The notes below the pieces were generated by a model. The model saw nothing but the letters and a program-made list of their open reading frames with translations. It did no database searches and was not told the origin of the DNA. 64,000 nt of DNA. Origin: Bdellovibrionia bacterium (GTDB lineage Bacteria; Bdellovibrionota; Bdellovibrionia; Bdellovibrionales; JAUICD01). Positions 50,452-60,241 of the stretch are shown here, in pieces (position 1 is the first letter of the stretch; every line of letters starts with the position of its first letter). Position numbers and translations under genes: made by a program. The stretch spans positions 82,625-146,624 of the forward strand of contig JAUICD010000001.1 in assembly GCA_030427965.1 (NCBI GenBank), in the 5' to 3' direction.

Positions 50452-51666
50452 TTGTCTAAAAAGAAATCTCCTTTGATCATAATTTTCTTAACAGTGTTTA
50501 TCGACCTTGTTGGTTTTGGAATAATTATTCCTTTAAGTCCATATTTGGCAAAAAGCTTTGGAGCAACTGGAATAGAAGTGGGTCTTCTTATGGCCGTCTA
50601 TTCCCTTGCGCAGTTTTTCTTTTCACCAATTTGGGGAAGATTGAGTGATAAATTTGGACGTAGGCCGATTATACTTATTAGTGTTTTAGGGGCTGCAATT
50701 TCACATCTTGCGTTTGCATTTGCTTCAGACCTTTGGATTCTTTTTGCAGCTAGAACTTTTGCTGGAATTTTTGGAGCAAATATTTCTGTTGCGACAGCTT
50801 ATATTGCAGATGTTACGGACTCAAAAAATCGATCCAAGAATATGGGAATTATAGGAGCTGCTTTTGGAATGGGTTTTATATTAGGGCCTGCCATTGGAGG
50901 ATTGCTTGCCGAATTGGGTGAGAGCTTAGGCTCTACTCCACCATATGGAATGGGATTTCCTGCTCTTGGTGCAAGCCTTATTTGTTTTTTCAATTTTTGT
51001 TTTGCCTATTTTAAACTTCCTGAGAGCCTAAAACCAGAAAATCGATCCGGAGTTGAGAAAAGAGTCAGTCGATTTAAGATGATTACGGAATTTATTGTGC
51101 GTCCCGTGATTGGCCCCTTGATGTTTGTGAATGGACTATTTGTTGTTGGAATGGGACAGATGGAAGCGACTTTGGCGCTTTTTGTAAAAGAAGAGTTCAA
51201 GTGGGATCTTAGAACAACAAGTTTTGCATTTGCCTATATTGGAGTGATGATTGCGTTTACTCAAGGGTATTTGATACGAAAGCTTCTTCCCAAGTACGGA
51301 GAGAGAAAACTATTGGCGTTTGGTTTGATACTTGCGGTATTGGGGATGGGTTGGATTGGACTTTCAAATAGCGTTACAGACTTGGCACTTGCAATGACAT
51401 TGTTTGCACTTGGAAATGGACTTGTTCAACCCACAAACCTTGGAAGTTTAAGTCTTCTTGCTTCAGAAAAAGAACAGGGACGAGTGATGGGAGTCAACCA
51501 GAGCTTTTCTGCGATGGGGCGAATTATAGGGCCATTTTTGGGAGGCGTGTTCTTTGACAAACTTGGAATGCAAAGTCCTTATCTTGTGTCGGCAGGTTTG
51601 ATGCTCGTTTGTTTTTTGATTGTGTCTATGATGTATAAAAAAATACCAAGCCGAGCTGAACAATAG
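50452..51666 (+). CDS. MFS transporter (drug:H+ antiporter / Tet-like, 12 TM)
   Basis: MFS motif A GRLSDKFGRRPI and the antiporter motif region. TTG 50452 lies 5 nt after AAGAGG and gives (M)SKKKSPLIIIFLTVF. Confidence 0.85.
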   Translation: MSKKKSPLIIIFLTVFIDLVGFGIIIPLSPYLAKSFGATGIEVGLLMAVYSLAQFFFSPIWGRLSDKFGRRPIILISVLGAAISHLAFAFASDLWILFAARTFAGIFGANISVATAYIADVTDSKNRSKNMGIIGAAFGMGFILGPAIGGLLAELGESLGSTPPYGMGFPALGASLICFFNFCFAYFKLPESLKPENRSGVEKRVSRFKMITEFIVRPVIGPLMFVNGLFVVGMGQMEATLALFVKEEFKWDLRTTSFAFAYIGVMIAFTQGYLIRKLLPKYGERKLLAFGLILAVLGMGWIGLSNSVTDLALAMTLFALGNGLVQPTNLGSLSLLASEKEQGRVMGVNQSFSAMGRIIGPFLGGVFFDKLGMQSPYLVSAGLMLVCFLIVSMMYKKIPSRAEQ

Positions 51667-51694
51667 AAGGCTCGCAAAGTACATGCGAACCTTC
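51666..51694. terminator. hairpin between convergent MFS and DUF4214 genes
   Basis: GAAGG-c-TCGC / GCGA-a-CCTTC stem with a 9-nt loop, followed by a partial T-run (GAATTTTT). Confidence 0.5.
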
Positions 51695-51704
51695 CTGAGA
51701 ATTT

Positions 51705-53561
51705 TTAGTGACCAATGATCTTTTCACGAAACTCTGAAGACTCAACAAGTGCTTCGGCCACCTGCCCAGATCTCCATTGATTCATAAGTGCTTGGTAGCT
51801 GCGTCGGCCATCAGAATCGACATTTCTTCCCAATAGATTTCTATAGAAACTATCAAGAAGTTGATCTGGAGTTCTTCTTCTGCGTCCACTATCTGCAGTG
51901 CCAAGTCGCACGGCTTGATTGAACTCAGGTGTTTTCTGCCAGTTGGCCATTGTGTTGGCTATACTTCCTAGACTGGAGATTCCATTACTACCAGCACGTA
52001 CAAGAGAGTCGACTTTTTCTTGAAGGCCACGCGGTTCAACTTCCCGAATGAGAATGGCTCTATAAAGTCGCTGCACGATATCGGTTGCGACTTGTCTTGT
52101 AAAACCTCTGAATCTTCCAAACTCTACATCCACAATAAGATCGACACTCATGGTCTGAGATCTGTCGTGATGAGAAGGGCGATCTTTAGATCGCGGCTTA
52201 TGTGCAGTGACTCGAACGATAGATTTTGGAGCACCTTTGTTGACGTTTACTACAACAATGCTTTCTCTTCTGAGTTGCAATCGATCAGAATCAGCGACGA
52301 TTTCGATTGAAAACGGTGTTGGCTGCATTTCATATCCAAATTGATCCAGAACTTGTGTACTTTCAATTCGTATAACAGAGCCTTTTACGGGTTTCATTGT
52401 TGAGCGTTGTCCGTAAGAGCTAAAACGTCCGTTTACTTCGGCAAGTACATTCAGTTGAGTTGCAATGGGGCGCTCTGGATGTTCGATGACATTTTGCCGT
52501 TCTCCGAAAACAAAAACTACAACCTCCACTTCAGATTTTAAATTGTTCTGAATTCTGTCGACTCCATCACATCCAAATTCTGCTGAGACTCGTACTCTGG
52601 CTTTTCCACTCTCATATCGATTTCTTACACGAATTTCGATATCCCCTCTCCAGGTGGAAAGATCGATATCAATATCAGATGTTCGTTCCACAACACTTGC
52701 GCTTAAATTGCAGACGGACTCATCAAACCCAAGAAGTTTTGGTTCAAGAGAAATACTTTGACCTGAAACAAGCATTACTCCACCTGTCATATCGATTTCA
52801 CGGTGAAAGTCATCGCGCCCTTCAAGATGAAGGCGACAGGCTGCAGGAGTTCGACCACTTTCGCGATCACGAATTTCCGTCTCAACTCTTCGGGCAACAT
52901 TTCTTAAAATTGTGACGACACGTCTTCTGTCGTTCCAGGAATCACTGCTCAATTGATCTGCACGACTCAGTAGTTCGTTTTTCTTTAACTCAAGTTGCTC
53001 GACACTTACTGTGCAAATATGGTCTTCAATACTTCCTACAAGAGAGTTCCCGGCAGCATCAAGTCCAGCAACCAATGCATCAATGAGTAATCTTGAGTTG
53101 TTTTGCTCACTTATTTCAGTGTCGATTTCTAGTAAAACTTCTTCAATTGTTCTTGGTGATCGAATTGCTGTAACAAGAGTGATGTCGTCTTGCACCTTTG
53201 CACTTAGCAACTCCTTGATAAGTCGATCATTTTCATATTTGAATCGAGAATGTCTTTCAAGTAGATGATCCACGGTGCGAACGTCTTCAAGTGTGTCTCT
53301 TAAATCACGTCCAGGGCGGGCGGAAATTTCTTTGAGGCTTAGTATTGCACGACGACTCGCAACTTGTAAGATTCGTTCTTTATAGTGTCGTTCTGAGGGA
53401 GAGAGACTAGGTCTTTGGCTATCTCGATAGGCCTGCTCGACAAGAGTCAACTCTTGTTCCAGTTGTCGGATAGGGTCGTCACTAGAAAAGTGCTCTGCAA
53501 ATAAGTTAGGTGAAGTAAAAAGTAAAACTGTGGCTAGTAAAACTTTTATCTGAAAAGACAT
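51705..53561 (-). CDS. secreted hypothetical protein with C-terminal DUF4214-like domain
   Basis: Signal peptide MSFQIKVLLATVLLFTSPNLFA. The C-terminus LLDSFYRNLLGRNVDSDGRRSYQALMNQ...AEALVESSEF fits the DUF4214 repeat pattern. Confidence 0.5.
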   Translation of the reverse strand: MSFQIKVLLATVLLFTSPNLFAEHFSSDDPIRQLEQELTLVEQAYRDSQRPSLSPSERHYKERILQVASRRAILSLKEISARPGRDLRDTLEDVRTVDHLLERHSRFKYENDRLIKELLSAKVQDDITLVTAIRSPRTIEEVLLEIDTEISEQNNSRLLIDALVAGLDAAGNSLVGSIEDHICTVSVEQLELKKNELLSRADQLSSDSWNDRRRVVTILRNVARRVETEIRDRESGRTPAACRLHLEGRDDFHREIDMTGGVMLVSGQSISLEPKLLGFDESVCNLSASVVERTSDIDIDLSTWRGDIEIRVRNRYESGKARVRVSAEFGCDGVDRIQNNLKSEVEVVVFVFGERQNVIEHPERPIATQLNVLAEVNGRFSSYGQRSTMKPVKGSVIRIESTQVLDQFGYEMQPTPFSIEIVADSDRLQLRRESIVVVNVNKGAPKSIVRVTAHKPRSKDRPSHHDRSQTMSVDLIVDVEFGRFRGFTRQVATDIVQRLYRAILIREVEPRGLQEKVDSLVRAGSNGISSLGSIANTMANWQKTPEFNQAVRLGTADSGRRRRTPDQLLDSFYRNLLGRNVDSDGRRSYQALMNQWRSGQVAEALVESSEFREKIIGH

Positions 53562-53758
53562 TGTTCCCCCTTTGATTCATAGCTTTGGATGAAATGGCTC
53601 CACTCAAATCATCTGGCCACTTAAAAGCAAAAGTCTTGCCAGCTTTCAAACTCAACGAGACAGGTGTTTGATGAAAGATCAGTGTCTGATTGTCCCTACA
53701 TAAAAGTCTTGGAGCCTGTTTTTTGGAATAATTTCAAGAGAAGTGGAGTTTTAGAAGT

Positions 53759-55039
53759 TCAAGTTTTATTTATAATTATTCGAGCTTCTCGGAGTTGTTC
53801 TGGAGGAACATACAAGCGTTCGATCCTACGACTCTCTTCGTATTTTTTAAAAATCTGTGTGCTTTCACCAATTGGCTCAGGAGGTACATTGTTGTTGTGT
53901 TGATCTATAACAAAGATGTCGCGCGTTCCAGAGTCTTTTGAAAGATGGTATTTTGAAAGCCTTGCTTCTGAGCTAGAGTGAATCACATCAATGCCTGCCT
54001 TTTTGAGTCTCTGGCCTAGTTCTTTTGGTCGATCTAGAGTTTTGGCTGCATGGAGTTCAAATGCCATCTTGTAGGGTTTTCTTTCGGCAATTCGTTTGGC
54101 CCATGAGTTGTTGGAATCTCTTAAGTGTTTATGAAGTAGAAAATCATCGTACTCAAGGTAGGCGTCAATGTCTGATGGTAGTTGGAAAGTGCAATCTTTT
54201 GATGTGAGGTAGCGGTGTAGCATTTCATCGTAAATCAGGGCTTTATGATGAAAGTATACCATTAGATACATGTGGTGACGTGAAACAAGAAAGTCATCAA
54301 ATGTGTAAATTGCACGCCTGCCAAGCCCAAGGTGGAGTGTTCCATCAATGTCATGGTAGGTGAGATTGGAGGTGATCCATTCCAATTCGACTTTTCCGTA
54401 GTTGATTCCACAGAAGTAGGAGTCCCTCAGTAGATAATCCATTCTGTCCATATCAAGTTCAGAGCTCACAATTTGCGAGAGGATTTTTTTCAGTTTTTTA
54501 TCTCCAACATTGAAATAATCTTCGTCGCACTCAATTTTGGAATTGATAAGGGATGCCACACAGACGGGGTTGACGTCTGGAAACTCACGCCGAATTGTTT
54601 CGCCGAGTTCGGAGTCAGTAATAAATTTGATTGTGAAATCTTCATGCGTGGCCTGATGGTCTGTTTTTATTTTGGAGTCCTTGTAGGCCTTGATGTTGAG
54701 GTCTTTTAACTGAGGCATGACCTCTTCAGTTGTATGACTAAGTGGACCGTGCCCCACATCATGAAGCATCGCGGCAAGTTTGACGGTTTGCCTGAGTCTC
54801 CACTTGGCACTTTCATTGTTAAAGGGGAATCCTTTAAAGATTGTATCAAAGGCCTGTCCAGCAAGGTGGCCAACTCCAATGGAGTGTAAAAAGCGACTGT
54901 GAGTGCCGCCAGGGTAACTGTACTCACCAAACCCCAGTTGTCTGATGTTTCTTAGGCGTTGAAATGCTCGAGTTTCAAGAACAGCGATTTCTTTGGGCAT
55001 AAATTCAATAGAGCCATGGATTGGATCGCGAATTTCCAA
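53759..55039 (-). CDS. HD-domain phosphohydrolase of the COG1078 / SAMHD1-like dNTP triphosphohydrolase group
   Basis: IRDPIHGSIEF...FQRLRNIRQLG...GGTHSRFLHSIGVGHLA...MLHDVGHGPLSH...DMDRMDYLLRDS. TTG start after GGGGGA. Confidence 0.8.
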   Translation of the reverse strand: MEIRDPIHGSIEFMPKEIAVLETRAFQRLRNIRQLGFGEYSYPGGTHSRFLHSIGVGHLAGQAFDTIFKGFPFNNESAKWRLRQTVKLAAMLHDVGHGPLSHTTEEVMPQLKDLNIKAYKDSKIKTDHQATHEDFTIKFITDSELGETIRREFPDVNPVCVASLINSKIECDEDYFNVGDKKLKKILSQIVSSELDMDRMDYLLRDSYFCGINYGKVELEWITSNLTYHDIDGTLHLGLGRRAIYTFDDFLVSRHHMYLMVYFHHKALIYDEMLHRYLTSKDCTFQLPSDIDAYLEYDDFLLHKHLRDSNNSWAKRIAERKPYKMAFELHAAKTLDRPKELGQRLKKAGIDVIHSSSEARLSKYHLSKDSGTRDIFVIDQHNNNVPPEPIGESTQIFKKYEESRRIERLYVPPEQLREARIIINKT

Positions 55040-55185
55040 AAAATCCCCCGGGGTAAATGTGAGCTATCTATTTATCGGAATTGGGACGCGTGAGCAAATT
55101 CTTAGAGAGCTAATATGCTGATTTGAGAAATTGACTCACCGTATGGCTTTGGTAATGTCTTGAGAGTCAAATTTAAGGAGTTCAA

Positions 55186-55656
55186 ATGAAGGGCGATAGC
55201 GAAGTCATCAAAGCATTAAATGAAATACTCACAGGTGAACTTACGGCCATCAATCAGTATTTTCTCCATTCGCGTATGTGTAAGGATTGGGGTTACGCGC
55301 GTCTTGCTGAGAAAATATACAAAGAGTCAATTGATGAAATGAAACACGCCCAAGAGTTGATTGATCGTATTTTATTTTTAGAAGGCCTGCCTAATATTCA
55401 ACGACTTGGCCCGGTTTCAGTTGGTGAAACGGTTCCTGAGCAGTTAGAGAACGACCTTGAGTTGGAGCACACAAATATTCCTAAAATTCGAAGTACGATT
55501 TCTTTGTGCAACGAAAAATCGGACCATGTAACAAGAGAAATGCTTGAGCATATTTTGGTCTCAGAAGAAGAGCATGTGGATTGGTTGGAAACCCAAATTG
55601 GGCTGATCAAGAGTGTCGGTAAAGAAAACTACTTGAGTGAAAATCTTTTTGAATAG
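55186..55656 (+). CDS. bfr: bacterioferritin
   Basis: MKGDSEVIKALNEILTGELTAINQYFLHSRM..., heme-ligand Met in SIDEMKHAQ, ferroxidase Glu/His pattern. Confidence 0.92.
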   Translation: MKGDSEVIKALNEILTGELTAINQYFLHSRMCKDWGYARLAEKIYKESIDEMKHAQELIDRILFLEGLPNIQRLGPVSVGETVPEQLENDLELEHTNIPKIRSTISLCNEKSDHVTREMLEHILVSEEEHVDWLETQIGLIKSVGKENYLSENLFE

Positions 55657-55724
55657 GGTTTGTTGATAGTTCAATCTGAGCTTCTTCACCAAAGAGATGA
55701 ATTGTCTGCAGATTTTAATAAGAA

Positions 55725-55922
55725 TTAAATCGAGTCTTTGCTGATTTGAACAGAAGAGGCCTCGCTCGCCTCTTGAATGATTTTGTCAAGCCTGTGTCGG
55801 CAGGAACCACAATCCCCACCAGCGCCGCATTTTGTTTCGATGTCTTCAGAGGTTTGGGCACCGTCTTGGATAAGGGTGTCGATTTCGCTTTTTGGAATAG
55901 CTTTACATAAACAGACGTACAT
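55725..55922 (-). CDS. bfd: bacterioferritin-associated ferredoxin (BFD-like [2Fe-2S])
   Basis: MYVCLCKAI ... CGAGGDCGSC (C-x-C ... C-x2-C). Start moved to ATG 55922 after GAGGGG. Confidence 0.8.
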   Translation of the reverse strand: MYVCLCKAIPKSEIDTLIQDGAQTSEDIETKCGAGGDCGSCRHRLDKIIQEASEASSVQISKDSI

Positions 55923-56204
55923 AATTTCCCCTCTGAACTTAGAGTGACTTAGACTCTCGGCGTTTTTCAAAGAAATTTGAATTATGAAAACGACCTGATC
56001 AGCTCAATGAAAGACAGTTGATATTTGGGTCTGGGGTGTCTTTAAAAAGCTCTTCAAAAGTCTTAAATCAAGGTGTCTCTTATTCACTTTTGTCATACAG
56101 CAGAGTGCCAAAATCTCTGAGCTCTTCCAAGCCCTTGAAAAGAGGTGAAATGCCGGGGGGCTTTTGGGGAAATTAATTTTTTTTCCGACCCAATGCTCTG
56201 GAGA

Positions 56205-56232
56205 TGGCCAGTCAGAAAAGGATTCGTATAAT
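56205..56232 (+). promoter_or_regulatory. candidate sigma-70 promoter for thyA-folA
   Basis: TATAAT at 56227-56232 with TGGCCA 16 nt upstream. It lies ~20 nt before the GGAGG RBS and ATG 56254. Confidence 0.4.
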
Positions 56233-56253
56233 AACAACATTGATGGAGGTCAG

Positions 56254-57048
56254 ATGAGACAATATTTGGACGTCTTAAAGTCTGTTTTGGAAAATGGAGA
56301 AGAGCGCGGGGATCGAACGGGGACAGGTACATTGAGTACCTTTGGTCATCAGTGCCGTTATGATTTAAAGAAAAGTTTTCCTCTTATTACGACAAAAAAA
56401 GTTCATTTGCGTTCGATCATCATTGAGCTTCTTTGGTTTTTAAAGGGTGACACCAACGTTAAATTTTTAAATGAAAACAAAGTTTCGATTTGGGATGAGT
56501 GGGCAGATGATGAGGGGAATCTTGGCCCTGTGTATGGAGCGCAGTGGAGATCTTGGAGATCGCGCGACGGACAGGTGGATCAAATAGGCCGAATCATCAA
56601 GGAAATACAAGAAAACCCAATGTCACGTAGACTTATTGTGAATGCATGGAATGTGGGTGAAATTGAGGATATGGCACTTCCTCCGTGCCACACGATGTTT
56701 CAGTTTTATGTGACAAACGATGGCCACCTTTCTTGTCAGCTTTATCAAAGAAGTGCTGACCTCTTTTTGGGCGTTCCTTTTAATATTGCAAGTTACTCGT
56801 TACTTACAATGATGGTGGCACAAGTTTGTGGTTTGAAACCAGGTGAGTTCATTCACACAATGGGAGATGCACATATTTACTTAAATCATGTGGATCAGGT
56901 GAAGCTCCAACTTTCTCGAACACCAAATCCGCTTCCTAGAATGTTGATCAATCCAGATGTAAAAAACATCTATGAGTTTAAGTTTGAAGATTTTCAACTT
57001 GTGGATTATGAAGCGCATCCACGTATTAAAGCTGAGGTCTCTGTTTGA
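56254..57048 (+). CDS. thyA: thymidylate synthase (ThyA type)
   Basis: [16 protein letters not shown]..., catalytic Cys in [13 protein letters not shown], 264 aa from ATG 56254 (GGAGG 5 nt upstream). The tracked 30-codon N-terminal extension is rejected. Confidence 0.95.
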   Translation: MRQYLDVLKSVLENGEERGDRTGTGTLSTFGHQCRYDLKKSFPLITTKKVHLRSIIIELLWFLKGDTNVKFLNENKVSIWDEWADDEGNLGPVYGAQWRSWRSRDGQVDQIGRIIKEIQENPMSRRLIVNAWNVGEIEDMALPPCHTMFQFYVTNDGHLSCQLYQRSADLFLGVPFNIASYSLLTMMVAQVCGLKPGEFIHTMGDAHIYLNHVDQVKLQLSRTPNPLPRMLINPDVKNIYEFKFEDFQLVDYEAHPRIKAEVSV

Positions 57049-57542
57049 TTCTTTCTCAAATAGCGGCGATGGCAAAAAACCGTGTGATTGGCCGAGGAAA
57101 TGATCTTCCTTGGCATATTCCTGAGGATTTAAAATATTTCAAACGCACAACAAAGGGTCACATGATAGTTATGGGTCGAAAGACCTTTGAGTCCGTGGGC
57201 GTAGGAAAACCGCTTCCAAATAGATTAAATATTGTCGTAACTCGAGATAAATCATTTCAAGCAGAGGGGATTGAGGTTTTTCACTCCATTGATGAAGCGA
57301 TTTTATTTTGTGAATCTAAAATTGGTGAATGGCCAGAAGAGGTATTTATCTGCGGTGGAAGCGAGATCTACAGACAAACACTAGACCGTGTGGACAAGCT
57401 TTATATCACGGAGATTGATAGAGAGTATGAAGGGGATACATTTTTCCCTGAGTTTGAATCAACCAAGATGAAAGTCGTGTCTGAAGACCTGCACGAAGGT
57501 GACCCCTCATTTCGATTTCTTGTCTATGAAAGAACCCGTTGA
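57045..57542 (+). CDS. folA: dihydrofolate reductase
   Basis: (M)[47 protein letters not shown] start overlaps the thyA stop (TTGA). Confidence 0.92.
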   Translation: MILSQIAAMAKNRVIGRGNDLPWHIPEDLKYFKRTTKGHMIVMGRKTFESVGVGKPLPNRLNIVVTRDKSFQAEGIEVFHSIDEAILFCESKIGEWPEEVFICGGSEIYRQTLDRVDKLYITEIDREYEGDTFFPEFESTKMKVVSEDLHEGDPSFRFLVYERTR

Positions 57543-57756
57543 CATTCTGAATTTATTTACTAGACCTCAGTCTAGGTTATTTACACTAAAATTACACACA
57601 CTTAATAAACTCAAAAGAGATTCTTATATCAGACCTTTAAATCTTTATGAGCACCATATCAAAGTCGTAAAGACGATTGTCCAGTCCACCGTAGAGTGAG
57701 TTAATAGTTTATTAAGAACCAATACCAAAGACCCGCATTCTACACGGAGGTAGCCA

Positions 57757-59256
57757 ATGTTTTTTAGGAGTCTATTCTTGGTCTGTTGCCTTTTGATGTC
57801 AGCAACATCTTTTGGAGCGGACTACATCGTTAAATCAAAACAAGCTGGAAAAGTGAAAAGTTTGAATATGGCAGGCCTTACTGTGCTCGACTTTCACGAG
57901 GTTGGGCAGATTTATAAAGTCGCAATTGATGAAAAAGTGGAACTTGAAGTTCTCACTCGACTTCATCAAGACTCTAACATCGAATACGTTGTGAAGAACT
58001 TTCAACTTCACGCACTTCGGGCCCCATTTAATCCAACGAAACTTAAAGAGCAATGGGCAAATGCAAAGGTGCGAGCTGAAGAAGCTTGGCAAATTGCAGG
58101 GAACCGAGGCTCCAGGGATGTCATGATCGCTGTGATCGACACAGGTGTGGATTACAATCATGAATCTTTAAAAAGCAATGCGGTTCCTGGATATGACTTT
58201 AGAGACAATGACAATGATCCAATGGATGAGACGAGTTCCAAGAACCCAGGCCATGGTACACACTGCTCGGGATCACTTGGCGCAACAGGTGAAGCGGGTG
58301 ATGGTGTTATTGGGTTGAGTCCAGAGGTTTCTATTATGCCGATTCGTTTCTTGGGTGCAGATGGCTCAGGGGATTTGATGGCGGGTATCAAGTCAATTGA
58401 TTATGCAATTGAGAAAAAAGCACAGATTATATCTGCAAGTTGGGGAGCATCTGTTCCAAGGTCACAAGCCACTCCACTTATTGAAGCTGTACAGAGAGCA
58501 GATGATGCGGGAATTATTTTTGTTGCAGCAGCAGCAAACGACGGAAGAAACAACGACACTCGTGATGTATTTCCAGCAAATTCCAAGACTCCAAATATGA
58601 TTGCAGTTGCAGCAAGTGGCCCTCAGGACGAAAAGCCCTCTTGGTCCAATTATGGAACGGCGATGGTGGATCTTGCATCCCCTGGGTTAAATATTATGAG
58701 TACTCTGCCTCAGAACAAGTATGGAAATCTTTCCGGTACTTCTATGGCAACTCCACTTGTCGCTGGGCTTGTAGCACTTCTAAAGGCGCAGAATCCAGAG
58801 TTAACAGGTCGGCAGATTCGTTCTCTTCTTCAAACAACAGGAGCTAAGGTTTCAATTGAAACGGCTTGCAACTGCAGAGTGGACGCTGCCTCTGCGATGA
58901 AGGCCCTCAAAGAAGAGAAGATGTTTATTGCACCAGCGGCGGCGACTGTTCTTCCTAGTGGTACGCTTAACTTTGAAGTTGTAAATGGAAAAGCTCCATT
59001 TAGTTTTTCAACTTCAAACACTGCAGTTGGGGCAATCAATGATTCAGGTCTTTTCACTGCAACGGCAACGGAAGGTGAAACTGTTATTTCGGTAAAAGAT
59101 GTAGATGGACAAACAGTTCAGTCTCTTGCAATTCACGTCAAAGCTCCTGGTGGTGGCGGAGGAGGCGGTGGCGGTGGAGAGTGTCCAGTCCAAGATCCGG
59201 CACTTTGTGAAGCGCTTTGCCAAATTATGCCAGACCTTCCATTTTGTAATAATTGA
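57757..59256 (+). CDS. secreted subtilisin-family (S8) serine protease with Ig-like domain, Gly10 linker and 4-Cys tail
   Basis: Signal peptide. Catalytic triad contexts VIDTGVD, HGTHCSG, SGTSMATP. A BIG2-like segment follows, then ten Gly codons (59149-59178) and ECPVQDPALCEALCQIMPDLPFCNN. Confidence 0.88.
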   Translation: MFFRSLFLVCCLLMSATSFGADYIVKSKQAGKVKSLNMAGLTVLDFHEVGQIYKVAIDEKVELEVLTRLHQDSNIEYVVKNFQLHALRAPFNPTKLKEQWANAKVRAEEAWQIAGNRGSRDVMIAVIDTGVDYNHESLKSNAVPGYDFRDNDNDPMDETSSKNPGHGTHCSGSLGATGEAGDGVIGLSPEVSIMPIRFLGADGSGDLMAGIKSIDYAIEKKAQIISASWGASVPRSQATPLIEAVQRADDAGIIFVAAAANDGRNNDTRDVFPANSKTPNMIAVAASGPQDEKPSWSNYGTAMVDLASPGLNIMSTLPQNKYGNLSGTSMATPLVAGLVALLKAQNPELTGRQIRSLLQTTGAKVSIETACNCRVDAASAMKALKEEKMFIAPAAATVLPSGTLNFEVVNGKAPFSFSTSNTAVGAINDSGLFTATATEGETVISVKDVDGQTVQSLAIHVKAPGGGGGGGGGGECPVQDPALCEALCQIMPDLPFCNN

Positions 59257-59282
59257 GCATTTCTTAAAGTTTCAGAAAAAAA

Positions 59283-59304
59283 GGGAGCGTGAGCTCCCTT
59301 TTTT
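59283..59304. terminator. bidirectional rho-independent terminator
   Basis: AAAAAAA-GGGAGC-GTGA-GCTCCC-TTTTTT. It serves the protease gene (+) and the convergent 59303-59995 gene (-). Confidence 0.8.
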
Positions 59305-59995
59305 AATTGGATGGTGTTGTTGTCTTAGGTATGACAAGCGTTTTGATGACGTGGGCGTTTCTGGCTTTATAAGTAAACTTACAACCTGCTAGAGACGCAC
59401 ACTTTTCTAGTCTCGCTCGAGCTTCTTTGAGCTCTTCGGACTCTTCCTTGTCATTGTTAACAACCAAATCTTTGGCGCTAGAGTCTTGAGCGGCTCGAGT
59501 GTCAAGAGTCACAAACCTGAGTTCATCATCGTTATTTTCAAAGTCAAATTCAATGTGTTGAATGTCACTGTCTTTAAGGGAAAGGACGGATTCAATCAAC
59601 ATAAGGAAGGCAAGTTGAAAGACTTGAGAGGGTTTGGCCCAAAAAAGATTTTCTCCTTGGCACTTAAGAGAAATGGTCACCTTGCGTGCGCCAGATTGTC
59701 TTTCGATATAATCTAAAATCGGCATAATAACGGAATCAATGGAGATCGCTTTAGGTCTTTCGTTGATAATGTTGGTTGAAATAAGGGACTTTGCTATAAG
59801 GAGTTCATCTAGTATTTGATCAAATAACTCTTTGAATTGATTCAACTTTTCTTTGGTGGGCTGGGTTGAAAAAAGCGACAGGAGTTTGGAATTGGACTTG
59901 GCTTCTGAAGCAGAAAAAGAGCATTCTTTTAAATGTAGTTCTACACGTTCTAAAGACTCTGTCGCTAAGCTGTTCATCCAATCGATCGAATTCAT
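59303..59995 (-). CDS. hypothetical protein, possibly a degenerate histidine-kinase-like ATPase fold
   Basis: Start at MNSIDWMNSL (ATG 59995). The segment ISIDSVIMPILDYIERQSGARKVTISLKCQGENLFWAKPSQVFQLAFLMLIESV parallels the HK catalytic-domain layout. The N-box Asn and DxGxG are absent (LMLIES; DTRAA) and there is no H-box. Confidence 0.35.
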   Translation of the reverse strand: MNSIDWMNSLATESLERVELHLKECSFSASEAKSNSKLLSLFSTQPTKEKLNQFKELFDQILDELLIAKSLISTNIINERPKAISIDSVIMPILDYIERQSGARKVTISLKCQGENLFWAKPSQVFQLAFLMLIESVLSLKDSDIQHIEFDFENNDDELRFVTLDTRAAQDSSAKDLVVNNDKEESEELKEARARLEKCASLAGCKFTYKARNAHVIKTLVIPKTTTPSN

Positions 59996-60241
59996 GTGTA
60001 AAGTCACCTCAATAAACAAATTCTATTTAATACTCTATTTCTATACAAATGAATTGTTCAATAAGTCTAGTAAAATTGATGATGTCGAGTGAACTCATAG
60101 CGAAAAGAGGCTGTTTTATCGACAAATCAGTTACTGAGAGCTTTAAGGCGGAAAAATTTGCCTAAAACTAAGTAAAGTTGCTTCTGAAAAAAGTCCACTG
60201 CTTAAACTATTTTTGTTTATATGGTGTGTAGTTTTTAAATT

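Noticed and set aside
53664-53903. 79-aa plus-strand ORF upstream of and overlapping the HD phosphohydrolase 3' end.
   Set aside because: It overlaps the end of a motif-supported gene on the other strand. No RBS or domain is present.
55923-56160. Searched the bfd upstream region and the bfr upstream region (55040-55185) for a Fur box (GATAATGATAATCATTATC-like).
   Set aside because: Only weak AT-rich partial matches were found, for example TCATAATTCAAATTTC on the bfd strand. These are not convincing without a matrix scan, so no Fur site is reported.
56164-56253. 30-codon N-terminal extension of thyA ([15 protein letters not shown]...), and minus-strand ORFs 56004-56240 and 56093-56332 in the bfd-thyA spacer.
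   Set aside because: ThyA homology starts at MRQYLDVL, with GGAGG 5 nt upstream and a TATAAT box inside the supposed extension. The minus-strand ORFs lack an RBS and any motif.
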